Positions 23,776 to 38,700 of a stretch of 64,000 nt of DNA are shown in pieces. The stretch comes from Heterodontus francisci. Its lineage: Eukaryota. The first letter of the stretch is position 1, and every line of letters starts with the position of its first letter. The position numbers and the translations under genes were made by a program. The stretch spans positions 22,348,084 to 22,412,083 of the forward strand of contig NC_090407.1 of NCBI RefSeq assembly GCF_036365525.1. The letters run 5' to 3'. Below the pieces are notes generated by a model that was given only the letters and a program-made list of their open reading frames with translations, searched no databases and was not told the origin of the DNA.

Positions 23776-26700
23776 GTGCAGTCTTTAATATTCTGTCAGT
23801 TCATGATATTCTGTATGAAATTGTAACAAAACAAGCTCAGTTATTTTCTTGTGAATTGTCTCCTTTTTCCTTCTTGTGAAGGTGCTGACCCTGGATGAGG
23901 CATAGAATCATAGAAAGTTTAAGGCACAGGAAGAGGCCACTTGGCCCATCATGGCTGTGTCGGCTGAAAAACGTTCCACCTATTCTAATCCCACCTTCCA
24001 GCATTTAGTCCATAGCACTGCAGATTATGGCACTTGAGGTGCATATCGAGACTCTCCTGAATGAGTTCAGACTCCCACCACCCTCTGGGTGAAAATCTTT
24101 TCCTCATCTCCCCTCTAATTTTTCTACCAATCACTTTAAATCTATGTCCCTTCGTCACTGACCTCTCTGCTAAGGTGAACAGACCCTTCACCTCCACTCT
24201 ATCCAGGCCCCTCAAAATTTTGTACATTTCAATCAGATCTCCCCTCAGCCTTCTCTGTTCCAAGGAGAACAACCTCAGCCTATCCAATTTTTCCTCATAG
24301 CTGCATTTTTCCAGTCCTGGCAACATCTTCGTAAATCTCCTCTGTACCCTCTCTAGTGCAATTACATCCTTTCTGTAATGAGGTGACCAGGACTCCACAC
24401 ACTACTCAAGTTGTGACCTAACCAATGAGCTATACAGTTCCAGCATAACCTCCTTGCTCTTATATTCTATACCTTGGTTAATAAAGGAAAGGATTCCATA
24501 TGCCTTCTTAACCACCTTATCGACCTGTCCTGCTACCTTCAGGGATCCGTGGACATTCACTCCAAGATCCTTTAGTTCCTCTACACTTCTCAGTATTTTC
24601 CTACTAATCGTGTATTCCTTTGCCTTGTTTGACCTCCCAAGATGCATCACCTCACACTTCTCCAGGTTGAATTCCATTTGCCAGTTTTCTGCCCATCCGA
24701 CCAGACCATCAATATCTTCCTGCAGCCTACAGCTATCCTCCTTGCTATCTACCACATGGCCAATCTTTGTGTTACCTGCAAACTTCTTGATCATGCCCCC
24801 TACATTTACGTGCAAATCGTTAATATAGACCACAAAAAGCGGGGGACCCAGCACTGATCCCTGTGGAACGCCACTGGAAACAGCCCTCTGGTTGCAAAAA
24901 CACCCGTCAACAATTACCCCTTGGTTTCCTGCCACTGAGCCAATTTTGTATCCACATTGCTGCATTTCCCTGGATCCCATGGGATTTTATTTTTTAACCA
25001 GTCTGCCATGTCACCTTGTCAAAAGCCTTGCTAAAATCCATGTAGACCACATCAACTGCACTACCCTCATCTATCTTCCTTGTTACTTCTTCAAAAAATT
25101 CAATCAAGTTGGTCAAACAAGATCTTCCCTTAACAAATCCATGCTGACTATCATTGATAGTTTATCCTGTCTCTCAAAATAGATTCCAATAATTTGCCCA
25201 CAACTGAGGTTAGACTGACTGGCCTGTAATTATTTGGTCTATCCTTCTCTCCCTTTTTAAACAGAAGTACAGCGTTAGAAGTTCTCCAATCCTCCGGCAC
25301 CACATCTGTATACAGTGAGGACTGGAAAATTATGGTCAGACCTTCTGCTATTTCTTCTCTCGCTTCTTTTAACAGCCTAGGGTACATTTCATCCGGCCCT
25401 GGTGATTTATCAACTTTCAAGGATGCTAATCCCATTAATACTTACTCTCTCCCTATGTTTATCACATCCAATACTTCATACTCCTCCTCCTTAACTACAA
25501 TATCTGCATCGTCCCCCTCTTTTGTGAAGACAGATGCAAAGTATTCAGTAAGAACCATGCCAACATATTCCGCCCCTACACTTAGATTACCTTTTTGGTC
25601 TTATATGGGCCCTACTCTCTCCTTAGTTATCCTCTTACTCCTAATGTATTGATGAAACATCTTTGGGTTCACCTTGATTTTGCTTGCCAATATTCTTTCA
25701 TGCCCTCTCTTTGCTTTCCTAACTTCCTTTTTGATTTCAGCCCTCCACTTTCTATACTCCTCTTGGCTTTCTGTAGTACTGAGCATGGTCCATGCGTATC
25801 AGTTGCCTGCTGTAGCTTGCTCAAGTGGTTGTTGGACAATAGTCATTGTTGGGGGTATCATAACAGCCTGATGCCTTGTTCACCTGATGTCATGAGCACT
25901 TTCAGGTGAAATAATTGATAGTGATTAGGAACAGGAATACTGAATATTCGATTTGCCCTCCTCTCCCCTGTATAGGGTTGCTGAGGCCTCTGCCTATGCC
26001 ACTACTACAATGGTTTGTGCTAAGTTGAGTCATAGAGAGATACAGCACCGAAACAGGCCCTTCGGCCCACCGAGTCAGTGCCGACCATCAACCACCCATT
26101 TATACTAATCCTGTATTAATCCCATTTTTCCCTCTCACATCCCCACCTTCCCTCAATTCTCCTACCACCTACCTACACTCGGGGCAATTTATTTTTACAA
26201 TGGCCAATTTACCTATCAACCCGCAAGTCTTTTGGCATGTGGGAGGAAACTCACGGCATCACAGGGAGAACTTGCAACTCCGCACAGATAGTACCCAGAA
26301 CCGAACCTGGGTCGCTGGAGCTGTGAGGCTGCGGTACTAGCCACTGTGCCGCCACTGTAGGCCCAATAGCATTCCAAATTCCTCCCAATGCCCTCGCACC
26401 CCTCTGTGCAACTGGTTGAACTCACCTTTTCTCTGCCTCTTTCTCCAGTGGTTGCTGATGTACTGTGTGAATTTCTGGAAGTGGCTATTCATATGATCCT
26501 GTATGTCCGGGAGGTTTATCCAATCGGAATCTTTCAGAAGAGGAAAAAGTACAATGTACCTGTCCAGGTGAGACAACTGTTGAGCTTCCAGCTTGTTGAT
26601 AGTCTGAAGCAGTGATCTGCACTGCAAGATAGCTTATTCTCTGAACATTGTGTCAGTCTACGCCACTTGGTTACAGCATTATTTGTGTCTGGCTAGTGTG

Positions 26701-29700
26701 GAGCTGCCATTGGGATTTCATGCTTTAAAAAAAATATCAAGAATCACTTTTTTGCTGAATGATCGTTTGTTTACCCTTTGGATGCTGTGTTTGTATAGAT
26801 GTCATGTCACCCAGAGCTTAACCAGTACATCCAGGACACACTGCACTGCATCAAGCCTCTGATTGAGAAGGTGAGGAAGACTTTAATTGGCTGTTTCTGT
26901 CATTGCGTACAACTGTTTATATGAACTTACACTTTATTGAATTCGTTTCTACACCACGTTATCTCTTCTGACCCTCATTCCCCTTGAGGTGGGTCTCTAC
27001 TTGTGTGAAGTGACTACCAGAATGTGCACAGCAGTTGTTTGGGTTACAAGTTAGTGTCTGTCTATATTCACTTTTTATATCTCCCTGAAATATTTGTGCA
27101 GCAGAGAGAGGCTTTTTATCTCTGTTTTTGTCCATTTATTGATCTGTTTGGTAATTCAGGAAAGGAAGTTATGATTAAGAGCAAGCTGGGTAGTCTATGC
27201 TGGATGAGTTACTTCCTGAGCGCGCAAAGCCCCTCCATCATCTACAAGGCACAAGCCAGGAGTTTGATGGATCACTGGCTCGTTAACCGGAGGAGTGCAG
27301 TCGCAGCAACACTTGGTTTGACACCATCCAGGACAGAGTAGCCCACTTAATGAGTGATCCCGCTTCTGGATTTCGTACTCTCCTCTTCCATCTCCGGTGG
27401 ACTGGACTGTAGCAACTTTCCAAGGTTATCTTAACCCGCAACCTGTGCCACAAAGGAGGACAAGAAACAATAATGTTGTTGGAACACCATCACCTCCAAG
27501 TTCCCCTCCAAGTACGCACTATGCAGACTTGGACATCTATTCCTACCTACATCATTAAATATATTCAAGAAAGAGTTAGATATAGTTCTTAGGGATCAAG
27601 GGATACAGGGAGAAAGCGGGAACAAGGTACTGAGTTTGGATGATCAGCCATGATTGTATTGAATGGTGGAGCAGGCTCGAAGGGTCGAATGGCCTACTCC
27701 TGCTCCTATTTTTCTATGTTTCTATAAATGTGGCCTTGACAGTGTCACCCACCTGAGAACAATTAGGTAAAAAAAGGTCACTGCAATCCAGAGAAGCATT
27801 GGTTCCCTCTTTCTGCTGTTGAGATGTCAGTGTACCAGCAGAAACTGTTGTTTGAGGGGCTGTTATTGGTTCCTGCCAACCTTTGTTCATTTTTTTTGTT
27901 AATATGTGGATGATCACCTGCTTGGAATGAGCCACTTGTAGACTGTGATTTGGATTGTGATCTTTTCCTGTTTAGAATGAGGTGGATCGGGTGGTGGTGG
28001 TGATCCTGGATAAAGAGCATCATCCTGTGGAGCGCTTTGTTTTTGAGATATCCCAGCCTCCTCTACTGTCTGTCAGGTGAGATACTTTCAGTGCTTTCTG
28101 TTTTCTTGTACTATCTACATCACCAAACTATTGATCAGGTTTCTGAAATTGTTACAATTAAACTTGGATTGAGGACACAAGCAGGGCCAATTTAATCTGT
28201 TTGTGTTTCAAATTGAACACTCTTCAAAACCATTCAGTTAGGTCTATCTTTTGTCACGATTCTAAATATCGTAACCGAAGCAGGAAATCCAACGGAACAA
28301 AACTATTAGATCAGTAGGCATAAAGAATCGATCAGGTACTTTCCAGCCTTCTGGACTCAACTTTGAGTATAAGAATTTCAGACTATAATCTCTGCCCCCA
28401 TTTTGTTTCCTTTCCTTTGTATGTTTTGGTTTTTCTGTTGTTTTTGCTTTTGGATGGCAGTACACCTGCTTTCGGCACATCTTTTGTTTTTTTGTTTCTT
28501 TTCTTGCCCCATCACCATTCCCTTTGGCCCTGCACGACTCTTTTGTTTTTTAATCTGTGTTACACCCTACCTTCCCTTTTGTTTTTTTCGCACCCTCCCT
28601 CATTTTACCTTAAAACCTATTACATTTCTAACTTTTCCCTGTTCTGATGGAAGGTCATCAACCCGAAACATTAACTCTGTTTCTCTCTCCACAGATGCTG
28701 TCTGACCTGCCGTGTATTTCTAGGATTTTTTGATTGAATTTCAGATTTTCAGCATCCGTAGTAATACTGACTCCTGGGGGACACCACTGCTCATGTCCCT
28801 CCAGTCAGGGAAAAAACATCCTTTCACCACTACTCTCTGCCTCCTATCCTGTAGTCAATTTCACACCCGAGTTACCACTGTCCCTTTTATACCATGTACT
28901 TTCATTTTCTGAGTAAGTCTATTATGTGGTACTTTATCAAATGTGTATTTTTTTCATCAACACTTTCTCTTACTTCATCAAAGAACTTCATCAGGTTAGA
29001 CACGATTTGCCTTTAAGAAATCTGTGCTGACTTTCCATTAATAACCCATGCTTCTCCAAGTGAAAACTAATTTTGTTCTTAACGATGGTCTCTAGTAATT
29101 TTCCCACCACCGACATTAACCTGATTGGCCTGCAGTTATTAGGTTCAGCCCTCTCTTTTTTGAACAGAGGTGTAACATTTGCCATCCTTCAGTCCTCTGA
29201 TGCCACTCCTGTATCCGAGGAAGATTGAAAGATTGTGATCAGAGCTTCTGCTGTCTTCACTCTATCTTCCCTAAGCAACTTGGGATTCATCCCATCTGGA
29301 CTGGATGACTTGATAACTTTGAGTGATGCAAACCTATTTAGTACCTCCTTTCTATCTATTTTTTTTCCCTATCTGATATCTCTCCTCCCCTCTCCTTTAC
29401 TGTAATATTAGCTTCACTGCTTTTGTAAAGATCAATGCAAAATACTCATTCAATGCTTCCATCATGTCCTCTCTGTACAAGATGATTTCTGTTTTCGTCC
29501 CTTGTTGGCCACATCACTTCTTTAACTTTCTTTTTACTTTTTATATGTTGTTAAATGCTTTTTCGGGTTCCCTTTTATGTTACGAACAAATCTTTTCTCA
29601 TACTCTCTCTTTGCCCTTGTTGTATCCTTCTCCATTTTTCCATTGCACTCAGTATTCTGCCTGATTTTCTACTGTATTCTGTATTTGACACTTGTTATAA

Positions 29701-32700
29701 AACTCCTTTTTCTGTTTTCTTTTAACCTCTATTTACTTTATTATCCAGGCTGCTCTAGCTCTGGATGACTCATCGTTGTCCATATGGAATAAAAGGCGGC
29801 GCAGTGGTTAGCACTGCAGCCTCACAGCTCCAGTGACCCGGGTTTGGTTCTGGGTACTGCCTGTGTGGAGTTTGCAAGTTCTCCCTGTGACCAGTGAGTT
29901 TCCGCCGGGTGCTCTGGTTTCCTCCCACAGCCAAAGACTTGCAGGTTGATAGGTAAATTGGCCATTGTAAATTGTCCCTAATGTAGGTAGGTGTTAGGAG
30001 AATTGAGTCAAGGTGGGGATGTGGTAGGGAATATGGGATTAATGTAGAATTAGTATAAATGGGTGGTTGATGGTCGGCACAGACTCGGTGGGCTGAAGGG
30101 CCTGTTTCAGTGCTGTATCTCTCTATTACCCTATGACTCTCTATGTTGGTTTGTTCCTGACGTATCTCAGCCTTGAAGATCTGCCACTGTTCATTAACTC
30201 TTTTCCTGGCCAATCTTTGTTTCCAGTCCACCTATCCCTTCTCAAATCACTGAAATTGGCTCTCTTCCAGTTGGGTATTTTTGATTTTTCTTTGTCCCTT
30301 TCCATAACTGCTGTAAACCTAATATTATGATCACTATTACCCAGATGCTTGTACACCACAAAATAGTACACGTTTGAGCTGTGGCACTAGGTAATAGTAC
30401 ACCATAAGAAATAGGAGCAGGAGTAGGCCATGTAGCCTTTGATCCAGCTCCTCCATTAAGTATGATCAAGCTTGAACTTCTACATCAACTCTACCTTCCT
30501 GCCAGATCCCTTGATTCCCTTTAGTGCCCAAAAATATATAGATCTCAGTCTTGAAATTTAAATGGAAGATTCTGGCAAGGTATAGCAGGCCCAGCAGCTC
30601 TGGAAGTAGAAAGAACAGGTTATCAGGGAGCATGCAACACTGTTGTGATGAATGTTACTTTCTCTCCCATCACCCTGGCAGTTTGCAGTCTAAAGGATAA
30701 ATAGGTGTTTACTGCAGTAAGTTAGGCACTTTTCTATAAAGTAACAATCTTTGGTGACAGCTTGGCACAGCCCAGGGGGCCTGGGCTGTGTAGCACACCC
30801 TAAGTTTTGGAAGACAGGCAATTCTGTTGTTCAAATAAAAACAAAGTGCTGGAAATACTCAACAGGTCAGGCTGCATCTGTGGAGAGAGAACAGAGTTAA
30901 TGTTTCAGGCCTGTGACCTTTCATTAGAACTCACCTATTGCTGAGGCAAGGAAAAAAAGGAGCTTTTTAAATTTTTTTTGTGGGTATTGGGTATCACTGG
31001 CGAGGCCAACGTTTGTTGCCCATCCCTAATTGCCCTTGAACAGGTTGCGGTTAAACGCTGCCTTGATGGTGGAGTGGCTTGGGGCACTTTCGTGTGCAAG
31101 AAGTGGTAGGGAGTGAGAAGAGCAAAGTCAACCATTTGGGAGCAGAGAGGCCTGTGAGTGTGCGTAGCTATTTGCTCTGTGATTTATAGTATCATACAGG
31201 TGAAGTCAGGATCACACGTGGCTGTGATATTCCCACAGTCAAGAGCCTGCAAACATTAAGGCTCACAATTGAAGACTCGCCACCGGGGCGTAACTAAGGC
31301 TAGTTGAGCAAAACCCAGGAAGGGTCAGTGGCTTTGGGAGAAAAGTAGTGTAAAAGGGAGGAAAGAGTAACGAAGAACATAATATTTGAAAGGCACTTGT
31401 ACACAGCCCAAAATTTTTTATTGGTTAGATTTTTTCCCTGTCATCTATTAATCTTATTGTTGTTTTGCAGTTCTGACTCGCTGCTTTCCCATGTTGAGCA
31501 ACTCCTTCGAGCATCGATCCTGAAGATCAGTGTCTGTGATGCAATTCTTGACAGCAACCCTCCAGGTAAATCTGTGGTTAGGTGTGTATTTGCTGCCCAC
31601 ACAGTCGTAGCAAGCTATGAATTTTGCTTACATCAGATGGGCTTACAAGGGAAGGAGAAAAACTGAGTGCCATCTGACTGAGGGAATCGTACAGTTCTTT
31701 TTGCACTTCTCTGGAACAGCAACTTTATTTTCTCTGCTACTTTCTCCCTTCTGAAGGTAACAACTTCTCCTAGGTTATGGTTTCTTGGGCACCAATTATT
31801 CTTCAGAATCTGTAATAAAAGCAGAAAATGGTGGGAATACATGTGAACCTTAGCCCAAACTGTTCACCTGTTTTTTTCCGTTCAGATTTTTTAAAAATTT
31901 GTTTATGGGGATGTGGGCGTTGCTGGCTAGGCCAGCATTTATTGCCCATCCCTAATTGCCCTTGAGAAGGTGGTGGTGAGCTGTCTTCTTGAACCGCTGC
32001 AGTCCATGTGGGGTAGGTACACCCACAGTGCTGTTAGGAAGGGAGGTCCAGGATTTTGATCCAGCAACAGTGAAGGAACGGCAATATAGTTCCAAGTCAG
32101 GATGGTGTGTGACTTGGAGGGGAACTTGCAGGTGGTGGTGTTCTCATGTATCTGCTGCCCTTGTCCTTCTAGGTGGTAGAGGTCATAGGTTTGGAAGGTG
32201 CTGTCGAAGGAGCCTTGTGTTGCTGCACTGCATCTTGTAGATGGTACACACTGCTGCCACTGGGAGGGAGTGAATGTTTGTGGATGGGGTGCCAATCAAG
32301 CGGGATGCTTTGTCCTGGATGGTGTCGAGCTTCTTGAGTGTTGTTGGAGCTGCACCCATCCAAGCAAGTGGAGAGTATTCCATCACACTCCTGACTTGTG
32401 CCTTGTAGATGGTGGACAGGCTTTGGGGAGTCAGGAGGTGAGTTACTCGCCGCAGGATTCCGAGCCTCTGACCTGCTTTTGTAGCCATGGTATTTATATG
32501 GCTACTCCAGTTCAGTTTCTGGTCAATGGTAACCCCCAGATGTTGATAGTGGGGGAATCAGCAATCGCAATGCCATTGAATGTCAAGGAGAGATGGTTAG
32601 ATTCTCTCTTGTTGGAGATGGTCATTGCCTGGCACTTGTGTGGCACGAATGTTACTTGCTACTTATCAGTCCAAGCCTGGATATTGTGCAGGTCTTGCTG

Positions 32701-35700
32701 CATTTCCAAATGGACTGCTTCAGTATCTGAGGAGTTGTGAATGGCACTGAACATTGCGCAATCATCAGCGAACATCCCCACTTCTGACCTTATGATTAAA
32801 GAAATGCCATTGATGAAGCAGCTGAAGATGGTTCGGCCTAGGACCTCCTTGAGACACTCCTGCAGTGATGTCCTGAGACTGAGATGATTGACGTCCAACA
32901 ACCACAACCATCTTCCTTTGTGCTAGGTATGAATCCAACCGGCAGAGAATTTTCCCCCTGATTCCCATTGACTTCAGCTTTGCTAGGGCTCCTTGATGCC
33001 ATACTCTGTCAAATGCTGCCTTGATGTCAAGGACAGTCACACTCACCTCACCTGTTGATGGATCTGTTGCTATTTCCTGCAGTTTTTCCTTTTATCTGCT
33101 CTCTGATATACACCCAAAGGGCTATTCTTGATGTTTAAGCCCAGATGGTAATCACTGGCAGCCTATTTGAGTGGGTAATTTCTTAGTTGAATTTAATTGT
33201 CATTTCCCAATCTCCACATACTTTCCACTGGATAACACTGTCTCTTTTCTCCTCCCTAATGCAGAGGACTACAGAAGAAAGTGCTTTAATTTACTTATCA
33301 CCTCTCATGCTTTCATGTTTTTGGAATGCCTAAAGTCCTTCACAGCCAACAAATAACAACAAATAGGCAAATGTAAAGCTAATACATGCACAGCACAGTC
33401 ATGCATCAAGTAAATGAGATAAATAAACTGATCATTTGTTTTGTTGGTATTAGTTGAGGAGGGAATGTTACCCAGGATTCCAGGAGAGCTGCCTGCTCTT
33501 CTTTGAGCATTGCCTTAGGATCTGTTACTTACATACTTGTGGACAGGCAGATAGTTTAATGCTTCAGTCAAAGCACCAAACCCCTGAAAATGTAACACTC
33601 CTTCGATACTTAATTGAAGCACTTGTAACCCGAACGTTGCCCCAGATGCTCAGCTAATGTAGCACAGACTGAGCCTTGAGCCTGGGACTTTCCTGGTCTA
33701 CATGGCTCTTTGGATTAGTTTTCTGTGCTATTGAGGGAACATGACTCTATTTAGGTATTGCTTTGTAACTTTCTAATGCAGAAGCTGGAGTAAGTTCCTC
33801 CTAGGTTTTTGTTTCAGGCCCGGTTTTCCTCCGATGTTCGTATGTATTAAAAATGTGATTTTTTTTTTTCTAGGCTGTACCTTCACTGTGTTGGTTCATA
33901 CCCGAGATGTTGCCACTCGAAACATGGAGAAGATTCAGGTGATAAAGGTGAGCAGACTATCTGGGTAGACATTGAAGTGGGCTAGAGTCTCTCATATGCA
34001 TTGATAACTGTATACATTAATTACATGTGTCTCTGGTGGGGAAATTTTCTCTATATCCAGCTGTGACTGGGTGCTCAGAGCTTGGACCTTGACCTCATGT
34101 CTGCTTACATTATTAATGGCTCCCTTTGCTCATTGTGCCTCTCCCTTTCAAAACTACTGGCATCATCCCCTGCTTTAGAACACCAACCCATGACCTGTGC
34201 ATCCTATACGATCATGTCCATTATCCCTCTTTGACACAGTTGACCAGCTGACCATATCATCTTTTATTGCCTCTCCTCTTTTGTCCAACTCCATGGGATT
34301 GTCCTTGCATGATTACACTCCTATCTGTCAAATAATGGGAAGACTGAAGCCATTGTTTGCAGTTCCGCTCCAAAGTCAATGCCCTCGTGACCAATTCCAT
34401 CCTTCTCCCTGGCAACAATCTGAAATTAAGCCAGTCTGCTCTCAACCTTGGTGTCACATTTAACCTGGTGATGACCTTCTGACCTCATATTTGTGCCATC
34501 ATTAAGACTGCCTATTTCTACCTCCGTAAGATTGCCTGACTTTGCCCCTGTCTCAGCTCATCTGCTGAAACCCTCAATCTTGATTTTGTTACCGCTAGAC
34601 TTGACTATTCCAACGCATTCTTGGCTAGTCTCCTACATTCTACTCTCTGTAAACTTGAGGTCATCCAAAACGCTGCTGTCCATGTCTTCTCTTGCACCAA
34701 GTCCCGTTCACTTATCACCCTTGTGCTCGCTGACCTACATTGGCTCCCGGTCAAGCAACGTCTTGATTTTAAAATTCTTATCCTTGTTTTCAAATCCCAG
34801 CTTAGCCTCGCCCCTTCCTATTTCTAATCTTCTCCAGCCCCACAGCCCTCCAGGATATCTGCACTCCTCTAATTCTGGCCTCTTGTACATCCCTGATTTT
34901 AATCGCTCCACCATTGGTGGCTGTGCCTTCAGTTGCCTCAGCCCTGAGCTCTGGAATACCCTTCCTTCACCTCTCTACCTTGCTTTCCTCTTTTAAGACA
35001 CTCCTTAAAACCTACCTCTTTGACCAAGCTTTTGGTCATTTGACCTAATATTTCCTTTAGTGGCTTGATTTTGTTTTATAATGCTCCTGTGAAATGCCTT
35101 GGGACATTTCATTATATTAAAGGCGCGATATAAATGTAAGTAGTTGTTGTCGTCATCGTTGTCCAAATGTAACCAATGCATATCCAACAATGGCTTCTGT
35201 TCCTACACAGTCACCTTCAGAGTTCTCCAGCAAACAATCCATGACCTTCTGCCTTCTTTGACATAATCGATAAGCATGGACTCAGTTTCCACATTTATGT
35301 TGGTGGCATTGGCTCTACCTCGCCCTCCAACAGGAGGGTTACCTCTGTGCTGTATTCATAGAATCATAGAAATTTACAGCATGGAAAGAGGCCATTTGGC
35401 CCATCTTATGCGCACTGCCGACTAGGAACCATCCAGCCTAATACCACTTTCTGCCTCTTGGTCCGTAGCCTGGTAGGTTATGACACTTCAGATGCCTATC
35501 CAAGTACTCGTTAAATGTTATGAGGATTTCTGCCTCTACCACCCTTTCAGGCAGTGAGTTCCAGTGGGAGAAAACATTTCCCATGGAATCCCCTCAAAAT
35601 CTCCTACCTCTTACCAAATCCATACCCCCTGGCTAAGGACCAAGGGGAATAGGGCTTTCCTATCCACTGTATCTAGATCCCTTATAATTTTCTATACATA

Positions 35701-38700
35701 AATTAGGTCTCCCTTCAGCCTCCTCTGTTTTAAAGAAAACAACCTTAGTCGATCCAATCTTTCTCCTATCCAGGCAACATCCTTGTAAATCTCTTCTGTA
35801 CCCTCCTTCAAATGCAAACACATCTTTCCTATAGGGTGGTGACTAGAACAGCACACAGTACTCCAGCTGTTGCCTAACCAGTGTCAATACAGTTCCAGCA
35901 TAATCTCCCTGCTCTTATAATCTATACCTTGGCTAATAAAGTATCCCGTATACCTTCTTGACTACCTTGTCTACCTGTCCAGCCACCTTCAGGGATGTGT
36001 GGACATGCACTCCAAGGTCCTAAAGTTCGTTTACACTTCTCAGCATCCTACCATTTATTGTGTATTCCCTTGCCTTGTTAGCCTTCCCCCAATGCATTAC
36101 CTCAAACTTCTCTCTATCAGACTCCATTTGCCACTGTTCCCCCCACCCCCACCTGACTAGTCCATTGATATCTTTCTGCAGTCTTCAGCTTTCTTCTAAC
36201 TTATCAACTACATGGTTAATTTTTGTCATCTGCACACTTCTTAATCATACTGCCTATATTCAAGTCCAAATCATTGATTTAAAGCACAAAAAACAAGGGA
36301 CCTAGTACTGAGCCCTGCGGAACCCCACTGGAAACAGCCTTCCAGTCACAAAAACACTCATCGACTATTATCCTGTGCTTCCTGCCTCTGAGCCAATTTT
36401 GGATCCAGCTTGCCACTTTGCCTTGGATCCCATGGACTTTACTTTCGTGACCAGTCTGCCATGTTGGACCTTATAAAAACCTTGCTAAAATCCATATCGA
36501 CTACATCAAATGCATGACCCTCAACGATCCTCCTTGTTACCTCCTCAAAAAATTCAATCATGTTAGTCAGACATGACCTTCCCTTCTGAATGTCTTTGAT
36601 TAATCTGTGTCTTTCTAAATGAAGATTTATCCTGTGACTCAGAATTTTTTCCAATATTTTTCTCACTACCAAGGTTAGGCTGACTGGCCTGGAATTACTT
36701 GGTCTATCTCTTTCTCCCTTTTTAAACAACGGTACAACGTTAGCTGTACTCTAGTCCCCTGGCATCTAGCCTGTAGCCAGAGAGGATTGAAAAATGATGG
36801 TCAGAGCTTCTACTATTTCTTCTCTTGTTTCTGTTAATACCCTGGAACTCCTTTTGCCTCAGCTTCTGTCAGAGCCGACTGTGCTATTCTTTATAACACT
36901 GGATCAGCTTGCTGTGCTGAAATTATAGAAGATCTGTTAAACATCTCATTTAGATTATCTGAATCCCCAAATAAGGTTTCAGATACTTGGCTATCTATTT
37001 ATGGTGCCCTTTTACCTCCGACAATGGATCCTGTTTAACCATTGCTCGGGTGGCTACACACACAGGAAATATTCCTGGACCTTGTTCCTGTAATTTCTCC
37101 GTTTCCTTAATTTCACTGGGTTCCTCTGTAACCATAGGAAAAACTGATACTTTTGATCCAGCCAAATCATTTCCTAGGAGTAGATCAATTCCCTTTACTG
37201 GCAAACACCTACAGTTTCTATCCCAGATATTAAGTCACTCTCTAGGTGTATTTTATACAAAGGTATGGATATATACTCCCCGCCAATTCCATTAACTAAA
37301 ACTTTAGCCTTCAAGGTGCTCTCTGGTGGAAATCTTATATCTTTCCCCAGCAAGAGTGTTTGGGTTGCTCCTGTGTCCCTGAGTATAATCGGTTTTCCTG
37401 CCTCACTTACAGGATATGGAGTTACTCTCCCTTTTGACAAAAATTCATTATAACTCTCAGGTATTTTATTCTTAACCTTTACACTCCTTTTAGTTGTAGT
37501 ATCTGTTTTCGCAGCTGTCGTTAAAGCTATAGCCTGGTCTGCTATACTCTCAGTCAGAGTCTTTTCCTCTGCACTAGCTTTGCGTACCCCAACAAATCCA
37601 ATGGGTGTACCTCGCAATTTCCAGCACTCTGAATGAAGATGACCCATTTTGTTGCAGTGATAACACTTTGGCTTGCGAACCTCACTTCTACCCTCAGCAC
37701 CTTCCTTTCTGACCTGAGGAGGTGATCCTGGAGCATTCCCAGCTGTTCCTTCTTGTCCTCGGCTACTTGCCTTCTTTTCACTCTCCCACTTTCTATCCTT
37801 CTTAGGTTTATGGAGGTGATGAACAAAATAGGTTGGCTTATTCACAAGCTCAAAATCATCAGCAATCTCTGCTGCTTGCCTAGCTTTCAAAACTTTCAGG
37901 TTATCTATATGAGTTCTCACTACTGAAGGAATGGAGTTTTTAAAATTCTAAGAAAATCAATTCTCGAAAGTTCTCATATGTGGTTTCTATCTTTAATGCC
38001 CGTATCTAATGGTCAAAAGTAATTTGCTTCACCTTCTCAAATTCTAAATATGTCTGCCCAGCCAATCTTTGTAAGTCCCTAAACTTCTGATGGTAAGTTT
38101 CAGGGACTAACTCATATCCAGTGAGAATAGCCTTTTTTGCCATCTCATAATCTGCAGAAGCCTGTTTAGGAAGCATGGCATAAGCTTCATCAGCTCTGCC
38201 TACCAACCTGCCCTGCATAAGCAGTGTCCAGTTTTCTTTCGGCCAGTCTGTTTCATCTGTTTGGCTGTTTTTTTCAAAAGATATGAAAAATGCCTCTACG
38301 TCCCTTTCCTCAAACTTAGGAAGAGCCTGTATAAATTTAAACAACTTTTCGCTGGGTCCTGAGCTAAATTCAGATTCTTCCTGACCCGAATTTTCCCTGG
38401 ATTCAAGACTACCCTTTTGTCTTTGTTCCATCTCTTTTCACTTAAATTCCCTCTCTTTTTCACTTTCTCTCCGAAATGCGCTCTCTTTCTCCCTTTCCTC
38501 TTTTTTTCCAATTCAAGTTTTCTTATTGCTATTTCTGTTTCTTTTTCCCTTTCCTCTTTTTCCAATTCAAATTTTCTTAATTCTTTTTCCACCTCAAGTT
38601 TTTTCATTTCTAACTGAATCCTAGCCAATACCACTGCATCACTCTCAATACTACCTTCTTGTTCCTTGTATTGCTCATCATCATCATCTACTAATTCCAG

